64,000 nt of DNA, from IMG/VR virus record IMGVR_UViG_3300032116_000082, positions 1 through 64,000 of that record; one strand, given 5' to 3'. The DNA comes from a virus. The translations under genes and the position numbers were made by a program. Positions 55,925 to 64,000 of the stretch are shown piece after piece; the first letter of the stretch is position 1; the number at the start of each line of letters is the position of its first letter. The notes beneath the pieces are model-generated. The model was not told the origin of the DNA. It saw nothing but the letters and a program-made list of their open reading frames with translations, and ran no database searches.

Positions 55925-56041
55925 GCGCCTAGAGGCGCTGTGGTAATTCCCAGGATCCAACCACAGATCCCGTCAATAAGTCGGTGTCAGCAGGCAAAAG
56001 CGGGAACGGCTAACACCGCTCCACACAAGGGGATTGACGGG
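55925..56041 (-). promoter_or_regulatory. Multi-stem structured leader containing CGACTTATT (55975-83)
   Basis: Stems 56033-41/55969-77, 56009-18/55982-91 (G-U), 55960-66/55938-44, 55933-38/55925-30. Confidence 0.5.
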
Positions 56042-56062
56042 CCTGATCACAACCTTACGCCA

Positions 56063-56100
56063 CAAACAACGAAGGGACCGGCGTTGGCCGGTCCCCCGTT
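56063..56100 (-). terminator. Intrinsic terminator after the major capsid gene
   Basis: - strand GGGACCGGC-caac-GCCGGTCCC-TTCGTTGTTT. Confidence 0.8.
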
Positions 56101-56118
56101 GCCTGCGGAGTGCCGCTA

Positions 56119-57084
56119 TCAGACCTCGATGATCCGATAGGCGTACGGGTTCCACACCAGGAGCCCCTCCTCCATCCGCATACCGGTCGTGAAGACGCCG
56201 ACCCGCGGGTCGGTCTCGGCATAGTTCAGGAAGGAGAGGTCGATCTCGGCGAGGACCGCGCCCTTCGCCCCGCCCGCGATATACACGCGGTCGTTGCGGA
56301 TGACATGGTTCCCGTGCTTCCGCGAGAACTTGTCGATGAGCGTCACGATCGGGCTGCCCTGGTAGACACCCGTCACGCCACGCACTTCGAACTCACGAAG
56401 CCCGTCCTGCGACCAGCCGTTGAAACCACGGATGGCCGGGTAGAGCGCCGTGTGACGGCCAAAGATGCTCGGCGCCTCGCCGTCATCCTTGAGACCATCG
56501 AGGGCCTTCTCGAGGTTCGTGTCGGTCAGCCCGCTGTAGCGGAGCGTGAAGCCGGACACGCCCGAGCGGTCGGCCGTCGCCGCGGGCACGCCCGCGTCGA
56601 TACCATCGAGCACGAACTGCACGCGATTGCGGTTGATGGACTCGGCGATGTTGTTCACCGCGTCCGAGGCGCTCATCGCGCCCGAGGCGATCTCCTCGAG
56701 CGGAATCTCCACGGCAATTTCCTTCGCCGTGGTGGTCATGCCCCACTCGACCTTGGTCAGGCGCTGCGACAGCGCCTTGGTGCCGTAGGCACGCTTGGTA
56801 ACCTTGAGGTCACCACGCATTTCCTGGAACAGGATCTGGTCGCCGAGGTTGTAGGTGCGGCGATCCACCATGAACGGGGTCGGGTCCGTGAGGGCCACGG
56901 TGTCCTCGACCAGCTGCACCACAAGCTGGGCGATCTCGATCTTGTTGGCCTCAAGCTCCTTGAGACCCTTCGGATCAATACGGCCCTTCTTGTCGTGTCC
57001 GACAGCGGCCTTGAAGATCCGATCCAGCTCAGTCTTGTGGTCCGCGATCTCAGCCGCGGTCCGATTAGCGGTCTTAAACTGCAT
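56119..57084 (-). CDS. Major capsid protein (HK97 fold, inferred)
   Basis: AAGGAGGA SD, very high GC3, ~321 aa, G-x-Y-x-G-x-P-I-V motif; position after protease and decoration genes. Confidence 0.85.
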   Translation of the reverse strand: MQFKTANRTAAEIADHKTELDRIFKAAVGHDKKGRIDPKGLKELEANKIEIAQLVVQLVEDTVALTDPTPFMVDRRTYNLGDQILFQEMRGDLKVTKRAYGTKALSQRLTKVEWGMTTTAKEIAVEIPLEEIASGAMSASDAVNNIAESINRNRVQFVLDGIDAGVPAATADRSGVSGFTLRYSGLTDTNLEKALDGLKDDGEAPSIFGRHTALYPAIRGFNGWSQDGLREFEVRGVTGVYQGSPIVTLIDKFSRKHGNHVIRNDRVYIAGGAKGAVLAEIDLSFLNYAETDPRVGVFTTGMRMEEGLLVWNPYAYRIIEV

Positions 57085-57121
57085 GATCAATCCTCCTTAT
57101 TCGGTGATCAGGTCCGATGAG

Positions 57122-57619
57122 TTAAACCAGCTCGATGCGGACCTTGCCGCCGAGCACGTCGAACACGCGCCCAACCACCGGAGAGGTGATCGCGCCAGAG
57201 ACGTTGGCCTTGCAAAACTTGCCGCCCTTGATCGCCAGCGCCTCGCCGACTACCGGAAGCGCGCCAGAAGCGGCCGGGTTCAGCGAAGTGTGAAGGAGGG
57301 ACGGGTCATACTCGATGATGGCGCCCTTCGCCACCTGGACAATCGCGTCGCCGCTCTTGATGGCAACCACGCGCGAACCCCACTCGGTCGGGACGCCGAA
57401 GAGGCTCTCCGAGACCTGGAGCTGGTCCACCGAGACCTTGGCGGCCACACCCCACTTGCCATCGACCAGCTCGGCCGAGTCAGAATCCCCGACCGTCAGG
57501 GCCTTACGCTCACCAGCGGCGTTCGCGCTGATCTTGATCACCGCGCCGAGGGCAATGTCCTCGCCCGCGACGGCGGTATGACGCGGCGCGTCATAGAAAT
57601 TTGCAATGTGCAGCTTCAT
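57122..57619 (-). CDS. Capsid decoration/cement protein
   Basis: AGGAGG SD; AGEDIALGAVI beta-tulip-like start; between scaffold and MCP. Confidence 0.65.
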   Translation of the reverse strand: MKLHIANFYDAPRHTAVAGEDIALGAVIKISANAAGERKALTVGDSDSAELVDGKWGVAAKVSVDQLQVSESLFGVPTEWGSRVVAIKSGDAIVQVAKGAIIEYDPSLLHTSLNPAASGALPVVGEALAIKGGKFCKANVSGAITSPVVGRVFDVLGGKVRIELV

Positions 57620-57653
57620 GTTTTCCTCCTACAAGGGTTGCCGCTATCGCGGG

Positions 57654-59411
57654 TTACTTGATGAGCGCGGAAACCTTCGCGCTCAGCTCCGTGACACTGC
57701 CCGCAGGCAGAGCGCCCTCTTCCTCAGAGAGCTTCAGGTAGCTGATCTTGGTATCAGCAAACCCAACAAACAGATCGCTCTTGAACTCCATCCAGCTCTC
57801 ATCCGAGGCCGTCGACCAGCGGGCCACGAAACGAGCCTGCTCCTCATCATTCCGCTTGGCAAACGCCGCGCGGTACGACTCGGGCAGCTCCGCGAAACGG
57901 GCAGACCAGCGCTGCTCGATCGCCAGCTTCTCCTGCTCGGCCGCGATCTGCGCCAGGGAGGCATTCGCCGTCTCCAGCTCAGTCACCATCGCCGCCATCT
58001 GCTCCGCCGCCGTCGCCAGTTCGGCCTGCAGGGCATCCCGCTTGAGCTCGGCCTCTTCGGCACGAGCGGTGAGAGCCGCAACCGAAGCGTCGAGCTCAGC
58101 CAGCTTCGCCTGATGCTCAACCTTCGCCTGGGCCGCGAGGTCCAGCTCCGTCTTCAGCACAGCGTTCGCCTCGAGAGCCGCTTCGAGCGCCGCCTGAGAC
58201 ATGTCGTTCTGATTCTCCATTGTCTCCTCCTCCGTGCGCGTCGCCCGACGGGCCCTCACGCGCTCCTTGGCTTCGTTTAACACTGACCGCATGTGGTCGA
58301 GGCCACGAGAGCCGACAGCCAGCCACTTCACCTGCGCTACCACCCCCGCCAACTGAAAATCCTCGTAGTGGCGGGCCACCCACGCCTCACGCAGGCGGAC
58401 TGCATACTCCTCAGTCGCAGTGGTCGTCTTGCCCCCACGGCGAGCCACCGGAGCTAACCGGCGGAACTGGTCGTTTCCGCGGATATTGCCGCCTCGACGC
58501 CAGATTTCCGGCCAGTTTTCCTTCAGGTCGGTCGCCTCATCCAACGGAAACAACTTCCACTGGCTATTTCTGAGGCTGACCGCCTTATCTTCACCGGGCG
58601 TTGGGAAATTCGTCTTGCCCTTCTTGGCGCCAGACAGCACCTCGGTAGCAGATGCCTGCTCCAGGTCGCTGTCAGACCACTGCTCTTCATCAAGGGAAGC
58701 CGCATCCCACTCCCACCATTCACGGGGCCGCTTCTGCTCGGGCATCTGATCCATGTTCTCGATCAGGCCCTTCGCGTCCGGATCACCAGGCGGAACGTTC
58801 AACGCTGACAGCGTAAAGAAGACCGGCTCAATCGCGATCTCGTACGCTCCGTTCTGATCCCGGCCCCGCTCAACGTTGGTCGGGATACAGGCCATCGAGA
58901 ACTCGATGTAGCCCTTCTCCCGCTGGATCCGAAGCATTTCCTCTGCGTACTCGGGAAACGCCCAGGCCCAGACCACCCCTTTTGCCTCGATACCAAGGGC
59001 GCCTCTGCCCTCATAGGCAGCGTCGTCCTGCTTGGCCTCGGCGGCGTACCACACCCCGATAGCCTTCGACACCCCGTCCTGCGGAACCACGGCACTGTGA
59101 TTCCAGTCCATCGGCAGGAAGTTCGGCGCTGCAAGCTTCTCTGCGGCGGGCGCCAAGTCTTCGACGCGGAATACGAGGTTGTTGTTGTTCTTGCCTTCGT
59201 GAACCATCCAAGCCGTCACTAGCAGCTTTGTTGGCTCACCGTCGGTGACCATCGGCATGAACATCGAGGTCTTCATCGCCTGCGCGACACGAGCCTCTTC
59301 GGTGTCCCCAGGAGTGAGCTCCTGCACCGTCGCCCGCGCCGTGATGAATCGGACCCGTTCGAGACCAGCCGACAGGCCGTTCGAACTTTCCTGTCGGTTG
59401 TTCTCGTCCAT
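57654..59411 (-). CDS. Prohead protease fused to an inserted domain and coiled-coil scaffold
   Basis: GKNNNNLVF, DWNHS (His), IGVW, FSMAC (Ser); C-terminal Ala/Glu coiled coil; GGAGGAGG SD before MDENN. Confidence 0.75.
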   Translation of the reverse strand: MDENNRQESSNGLSAGLERVRFITARATVQELTPGDTEEARVAQAMKTSMFMPMVTDGEPTKLLVTAWMVHEGKNNNNLVFRVEDLAPAAEKLAAPNFLPMDWNHSAVVPQDGVSKAIGVWYAAEAKQDDAAYEGRGALGIEAKGVVWAWAFPEYAEEMLRIQREKGYIEFSMACIPTNVERGRDQNGAYEIAIEPVFFTLSALNVPPGDPDAKGLIENMDQMPEQKRPREWWEWDAASLDEEQWSDSDLEQASATEVLSGAKKGKTNFPTPGEDKAVSLRNSQWKLFPLDEATDLKENWPEIWRRGGNIRGNDQFRRLAPVARRGGKTTTATEEYAVRLREAWVARHYEDFQLAGVVAQVKWLAVGSRGLDHMRSVLNEAKERVRARRATRTEEETMENQNDMSQAALEAALEANAVLKTELDLAAQAKVEHQAKLAELDASVAALTARAEEAELKRDALQAELATAAEQMAAMVTELETANASLAQIAAEQEKLAIEQRWSARFAELPESYRAAFAKRNDEEQARFVARWSTASDESWMEFKSDLFVGFADTKISYLKLSEEEGALPAGSVTELSAKVSALIK

Positions 59412-59451
59412 CCAGCCTCCTCCGCTGTCGCCGACCACAAAGGCCATCACG

Positions 59452-59460
59452 AATGAGTCG
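59452..59460 (-). promoter_or_regulatory. CGACTCATT motif variant heading the capsid operon
   Basis: Inside ATCACGA-ctcat-TCGTGAT; ~40 nt upstream of the protease ATG. Confidence 0.55.
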
Positions 59461-59517
59461 TGATCAGCGCCGCAAAAACGCAGAAGAAGGCCCGGTTACT
59501 CGTTCCACTGTCGCGGG

Positions 59518-60882
59518 TTACAAGAGCTCAGACTGAAATTCACCACGCCGCAGCTCGCGAATTTCGTTGAGTTGTAGCAGGGTAGGAGTCGATTGTGCTG
59601 CGGTAAGGGCGTAACGAATCCGTTCGGCAAACTGCTCACCGACCGCGGACCAGGAGGGTAATGCCTCTGCACGGTCTCGACATGCCGACCCGAGATATTC
59701 AGTGAGATACGGGTCGCTAGCCAACTCAATGAGGATGTCGGCGGTGGCATTCACGTCCACTATCGCGTGGGCTGTGTTGATGTATTTCGGCTCAAACCGG
59801 TAATCCATCACGGGCAACAACTGCGCAGCCCCGGCCCAAATCTCGCGCGTCGCCGACCAGTCAGGTACAAGCTGCGTGACCCCGCATAACGCGCCTTCAA
59901 CAGACGTAAGTCCCCACCCCTCACCACCGCCGGTGTTCAGCTGCACGTCCGCGGTGTTGTACAGCATCCGGAGCTGCTCATCGGTCAGCTCCGGGTACGT
60001 CCAGTGCGTACAAATCACCTTGTCCTGGACGCCGTACAGGCGAGCAAGCTGGGCGAGGTCCCATCCGTCCTTGTCATTACCACCCATGCAATGCAATACG
60101 AGCAGCGCATTCGGTCGAATCGCCGCGAGCTTGGCAAACGCCCGAATCGTGATGTCCTGGCGCTTACGGAACTGGTTCGTATTGACATTTAGGACGACAA
60201 AGGCATCCTGCGGGAAATTCCATACCGCCCGGCAGTCCGCCTTCGACATCGGATAGAACAGGGAGTGATCGATCCCATGCGGAACCGGCGCATACGCCTC
60301 AAGATTCTGCCGCTCAGCCAGCCGATCAACGCGCAGATGAAGCTCCATACCATCCTTGGGCAACGTCATCCATGCGGCACGTTCGCTGAGATTCACCCCG
60401 CGATTGGCATAGGAATCAAGGACCAGGTCCACCAGGTCCCGAGTGCCTATAGCCGTCTCTTTCGCACCAAATGTCGTATAGGGAACCGCGCTCGTCAGCG
60501 CCGCGGCACCCATGGCATAGCTCCATTTGATATTGGGCGTATCGACGGGATAATACCCAACGGTTGGGAATCCACGCGGCACGTAACCCAGGTAGTTGGT
60601 CTGATTCCACAGATCCTGGATCATCAGCACTACATCGGGCTTGTCCTGCTTGAGCCAGCTCGGGAGCTGCGTGACGGCAAGAGGATCCTGCGAGGTCTGC
60701 CGTGTGGGCTTCAGGTCGTACGGATATGGTTCGACACGGCTTTTTGATCCAAGTCCGTATCCAAGCCCCCGATGGATCACCTCAAAACTACCGGTGGACT
60801 GGAGATACGTCCCAATCCCACGAGCAACCCGCTCAAAACCAGTAGGCCACCCGCCATCAGCAACCATCAAAACACGAGTCAT
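59518..60882 (-). CDS. Glycosyltransferase, GT-B fold (GT4-like)
   Basis: PTGFERVA, PHGID, NTNQFRKR, LYNTADV...EGWGLTSVEG (Ex7E). Confidence 0.9.
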   Translation of the reverse strand: MTRVLMVADGGWPTGFERVARGIGTYLQSTGSFEVIHRGLGYGLGSKSRVEPYPYDLKPTRQTSQDPLAVTQLPSWLKQDKPDVVLMIQDLWNQTNYLGYVPRGFPTVGYYPVDTPNIKWSYAMGAAALTSAVPYTTFGAKETAIGTRDLVDLVLDSYANRGVNLSERAAWMTLPKDGMELHLRVDRLAERQNLEAYAPVPHGIDHSLFYPMSKADCRAVWNFPQDAFVVLNVNTNQFRKRQDITIRAFAKLAAIRPNALLVLHCMGGNDKDGWDLAQLARLYGVQDKVICTHWTYPELTDEQLRMLYNTADVQLNTGGGEGWGLTSVEGALCGVTQLVPDWSATREIWAGAAQLLPVMDYRFEPKYINTAHAIVDVNATADILIELASDPYLTEYLGSACRDRAEALPSWSAVGEQFAERIRYALTAAQSTPTLLQLNEIRELRRGEFQSELL

Positions 60883-61274
60883 TACCGTTCGACCATATAG
60901 GGGACTTCAACCAACGGCGGCAGCGGAACCCGATTGTATTCTGGGGTTATCCCTGTCCGCTCTAGATACGCGACCTCCACCTGCTCAATGGATCGCGCGC
61001 GACGAGGGCTCATATACGGCTGGAAACGTTTCATTAGCTGCATGGCGCGACGACCACGGAGCATTAGGCGATACGTCACGGCACTGTTTGGACGACTTTC
61101 CCGACGATCCCTACGTGAATAACTAAGCCCCAAGATGGCAGCAATACGAGCAATCACATGCTCGTCTTTCATCTCGACTTGAATCACCGGGGATCGCTGA
61201 CTGGCCAGGTATCCGAAATACGCTTCCCCCTCGAATACGCCGACCAGCCAGAAGAACGTGTGCGAATCGTCCAA
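60882..61274 (-). CDS. Free-standing single-motif LAGLIDADG protein
   Basis: WLVGVFEGEAYF, IQVEMKDEHVI, PYMSPRR; TTG start. Confidence 0.75.
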   Translation of the reverse strand: MDDSHTFFWLVGVFEGEAYFGYLASQRSPVIQVEMKDEHVIARIAAILGLSYSRRDRRESRPNSAVTYRLMLRGRRAMQLMKRFQPYMSPRRARSIEQVEVAYLERTGITPEYNRVPLPPLVEVPYMVER

Positions 61275-61322
61275 ACAGTGTACCGTGAAATGTTATATCT
61301 ATTGACCGGTTCGACGGTCTTC

Positions 61323-63032
61323 TTACGCCTCCGTCACAAGCGCATCCGGCGTACGACCTGCGCCAGGATCCTTCCCATCGCCCTGGCCTTGGACGCCGCC
61401 CGTGGCCTGTCCCTGAAGACCCTGCGGAGGTGCGAACGCCTGTTCCCATGTAGTCACATCGGGATTCAAGCCACGTTCCTGGCACTTGAGAAGGAACTCG
61501 GCATTCGGATCCCGACCCGACGCGGAAATCAGCGAGTGCAGCGAGACCGCCCCCGCCAGGTAATCCGCCCGATTCTGCGTCCGCGTTTCCTTGTAGTCGG
61601 CCATGAGGGAGGCGTCGAACTCCCAGATCAGGTCGACCCCGTCATAGCCATTTTCGATCGAAATGCGCTCGCCCAGCGTAGTCAGGACAGCCGCAAAGTT
61701 GTTGGCTAGTTCCTGCATCTGGGCCGCGGCACCGACCATCGAGGCCCAGCTAGCACCGGATCCGTTCCCAACATTCCCCATTAGCAGCGCATCCGGAAGG
61801 CCAAGCGCCATCTTGATCTTCTGATCCGCAATCTCGTACCGCTTATTGAGGTCGAGGACTGACTGGTTGCTGCCCACGTCCGTGACCTTGACATCGTCGC
61901 CCTGCCAGACAATGACCATGGAGGGGGAGATTTCCTCGAAGAAAGACTGCATGAGGGCTGCGCGGGCCGCTGCCACATCCGCCTTGGAATACGGAGACTT
62001 GGGATCTGCCGACCCAACCTGAACGATCGTCAGGCGGTTAATCACGTTTTCCATACTGACCAAGTCAATCGCGGTCAGTGCCCGGCTGAACCGAATACCC
62101 AGCTTGGCCGGTTCGATCATGGACTCACCCACCGGGTCCGTGGCAAACCCCCGGTGCTTGACATGAAGAAGTAGGGCCGGAGTTAGAAGTACCCGATTAT
62201 TCTTCTTCAGCTCTTCCTTGGTCTTGGTGTCCACCAGGCGCTTGACCACATCATTGATTTCCTTGGTCTTGCTGCCGTTGATAATCAGCTGCGCCAGCGT
62301 CGAATCCGGCTTCCAGTACCAGAGCTCTCCAAGTCCGGACAGCTCCGTCACTGGCTCCAGGTTCACCATGGAAATCGTCTGAATCGTCATCGGCAGGCTG
62401 ACGTTCCCCACGGTCGGTAGATTCACCTTCGTCCACTGCTGACGGGCGACCCAATCTCCTTCGACCAGCGCGTGCCGCACCCCGTTGTGGACAATCGACT
62501 TCATGCCGCGCTCGCTGGTAATCACACCACCCAGCGGCGAATTGTTCACATTGACGGTGAAATAGTCGAGGATCATCTGCAGGTCCTCGATCGCCTTCCG
62601 CGACTTGCCCCGACGCGCATGGCGAACCTTGTACCGTCCGCCGACGCCAATCAGAGCCGCCGTCTTATTGACGGCGTTATTGATGATGCCTTCATTCTTG
62701 TAGATCTCTCGGTACTGCTTGACCTTGGTCGTCAGATTCGTTGTTGGTTTACCGCCGAGATCCGCGAAATCCGCAATCGTGGTGATATAGTCCGACGTCT
62801 TGCCTGGATCTCGGCTCAGGGCCGCCAGAGCCATAATTTCATGGCGGCCATCCTCGAGCGTCCTGGTCTGGATTCGAAGCTCCTTGCTGCTATGCCGAGG
62901 GGCAAATCGACCCGTAGAAACAATTTCCTGCCGGAGCCTCTCGTGCTCATCCCCGGCAAACAGGTCCTCGAGCATCATCGTGCCGCCCAAGACCTGGGTC
63001 TGAATGCCGCCAATATCCGTAATGTCCGCCAT
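61323..63032 (-). CDS. Portal protein
   Basis: 569 aa between terminase and protease; YKNEGIINNAVN, LLHVKH, IKMALGLPDALLMG. Confidence 0.8.
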   Translation of the reverse strand: MADITDIGGIQTQVLGGTMMLEDLFAGDEHERLRQEIVSTGRFAPRHSSKELRIQTRTLEDGRHEIMALAALSRDPGKTSDYITTIADFADLGGKPTTNLTTKVKQYREIYKNEGIINNAVNKTAALIGVGGRYKVRHARRGKSRKAIEDLQMILDYFTVNVNNSPLGGVITSERGMKSIVHNGVRHALVEGDWVARQQWTKVNLPTVGNVSLPMTIQTISMVNLEPVTELSGLGELWYWKPDSTLAQLIINGSKTKEINDVVKRLVDTKTKEELKKNNRVLLTPALLLHVKHRGFATDPVGESMIEPAKLGIRFSRALTAIDLVSMENVINRLTIVQVGSADPKSPYSKADVAAARAALMQSFFEEISPSMVIVWQGDDVKVTDVGSNQSVLDLNKRYEIADQKIKMALGLPDALLMGNVGNGSGASWASMVGAAAQMQELANNFAAVLTTLGERISIENGYDGVDLIWEFDASLMADYKETRTQNRADYLAGAVSLHSLISASGRDPNAEFLLKCQERGLNPDVTTWEQAFAPPQGLQGQATGGVQGQGDGKDPGAGRTPDALVTEA

Positions 63033-63041
63033 AACAGGTCC

Positions 63042-63344
63042 TCAGAGTCCGAGCTTGAACGGGGTGTCTATGCTCGCCTTGCGAATCTGCGCGGCGGCTA
63101 CACGGGGACAATCGATACGACTGCAGACTGTGCCTTCCTCAACCTCCTGGTCACAGACGGCACACTTGTAGGTCTGTGCCGCGTGCGACAGCAGGCAGGG
63201 GTCCTTCTCACAAGGCGTAGTTGAACCGCAGGCACACACCGCGGCACTCGAGACGGCCTGGCACCCAGGCGTATCGCACTCGGCGGGCAACGTCTTGCCG
63301 CACACCTCGCACGTCTTAGAAAAGTCTGAACCGTGATCTTCCAT
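63042..63344 (-). CDS. Triple zinc-finger-like protein (12 Cys)
   Basis: Three 4-Cys units each ending C-x4-C; AGGAGGGG SD. Confidence 0.65.
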   Translation of the reverse strand: MEDHGSDFSKTCEVCGKTLPAECDTPGCQAVSSAAVCACGSTTPCEKDPCLLSHAAQTYKCAVCDQEVEEGTVCSRIDCPRVAAAQIRKASIDTPFKLGL

Positions 63345-64000
63345 GTCCCCCTCCTATGCGGGTAACCACCGCGCCCAGGGGCGGTGGCGTATCTTCGATC
63401 ATGCGCTGACGAATCACATGGGCGCGCAACTGCTTGGCGGCGTAAATGAACGCTGCCCACAAGTCCTTCTTGTTACCGGCCTGTTCCGTATCACCCTTCA
63501 TGAAGAACTGCCGAAAGTTCTTGGTAGGCTTCTGCTGGAGCGCCCGAAGCTGATGGGCCAGGATCTTTGCCCCGTTGTAGCCAATGTCAATCTTGACATC
63601 AAACGGTCGCTCGGATTCCGGAATATCCTTTGGTAGGTACAGCAGCTTCTGCGTCATCTGTCCGAGCGTAAACTCCACCAATCGGTCATTCAGCTGATCG
63701 GACGGGAAAATGGCGTCCAGCATGGGCAACGACCGCAGGTCCGAAGCAAACGCCTGGACGCGTTCGTCCGGATCAAGCGGATCGTAGATCCGGTACTCTT
63801 CCGGTCCGAGATCCTGCTTGTTGATATGTACAAGCTCATCTCGAACGCCCGAGCCACCACCGCGCATATCCAGGCCGACCGCCCGGCACAACTTCCACGT
63901 GTCCGTCTCGTGCGCATCATGGAAGTACACGAGGTTGTACCGATCCTTGAACTCCCGGATCTTGTTCGCAACGTCCGCGTGACTCGTCATCCGGTGCTGT
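63316..64000 (-). CDS. terL: Terminase large subunit, C-terminal nuclease part (truncated by the window edge)
   Basis: VGLDMRGGG and KKDLWAAFIYA RNase-H-like acidic motifs; upstream of the portal; frame open to the window end. Confidence 0.75.
   Translation of the reverse strand, partial: QHRMTSHADVANKIREFKDRYNLVYFHDAHETDTWKLCRAVGLDMRGGGSGVRDELVHINKQDLGPEEYRIYDPLDPDERVQAFASDLRSLPMLDAIFPSDQLNDRLVEFTLGQMTQKLLYLPKDIPESERPFDVKIDIGYNGAKILAHQLRALQQKPTKNFRQFFMKGDTEQAGNKKDLWAAFIYAAKQLRAHVIRQRMIEDTPPPLGAVVTRIGGGHGRSRFRLF

Noticed and set aside
52073-57120. Long + strand ORFs (52073-53452, 56110-57120 and similar)
   Set aside because: Antisense shadows of highly biased high-GC3 genes; no SD or motifs.
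1-64000. Stop-codon reassignment
   Set aside because: Large genes are intact in code 11, and TAA, TAG and TGA all end genes at sensible boundaries.

Overview
64 kb slice of a large, GC-rich (roughly 60-65% by eye) tailed bacteriophage, probably a long-tailed siphovirus. It has two convergent arms that meet at twin hairpins at ~18.8-18.9 kb. The + strand (1-18.8 kb) carries early/middle genes: many small hypotheticals, an SNF2/HARP-like helicase, an exported lytic transglycosylase, a gp88-like Fe-S protein, a coupled Xer-type recombinase / membrane-anchored RuvB-like ATPase / AraC-type regulator unit, a sigma-70-like factor, a Cas4-like nuclease, a SpoVG-like SSB, a class II ribonucleotide reductase and an FkbM methyltransferase. 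The - strand (64-18.9 kb) carries the late genes: terminase C-terminus, portal, LAGLIDADG protein, GT4 glycosyltransferase, protease-scaffold, capsid, neck, two-domain tail tube, frameshifted tail chaperone, 2659-aa tape measure, three 1500-2000-aa tail proteins, and a lysis cassette with dUTPase. The most notable signals are: (1) a recurring intergenic motif CGACYTATT, sense-oriented, almost always set in an inverted repeat, a candidate phage-sigma promoter / RNA-switch regulon; (2) the Xer + membrane-tethered, apparently RuvA-independent RuvB module; (3) a leader that doubly occludes the sigma factor SD and AUG, with a CRP-like box upstream; (4) an unannotated -1 frameshift ORF; (5) protein families that hint at a Gemmatimonadota host. 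All family calls come from motif recognition by eye; no database search was run.
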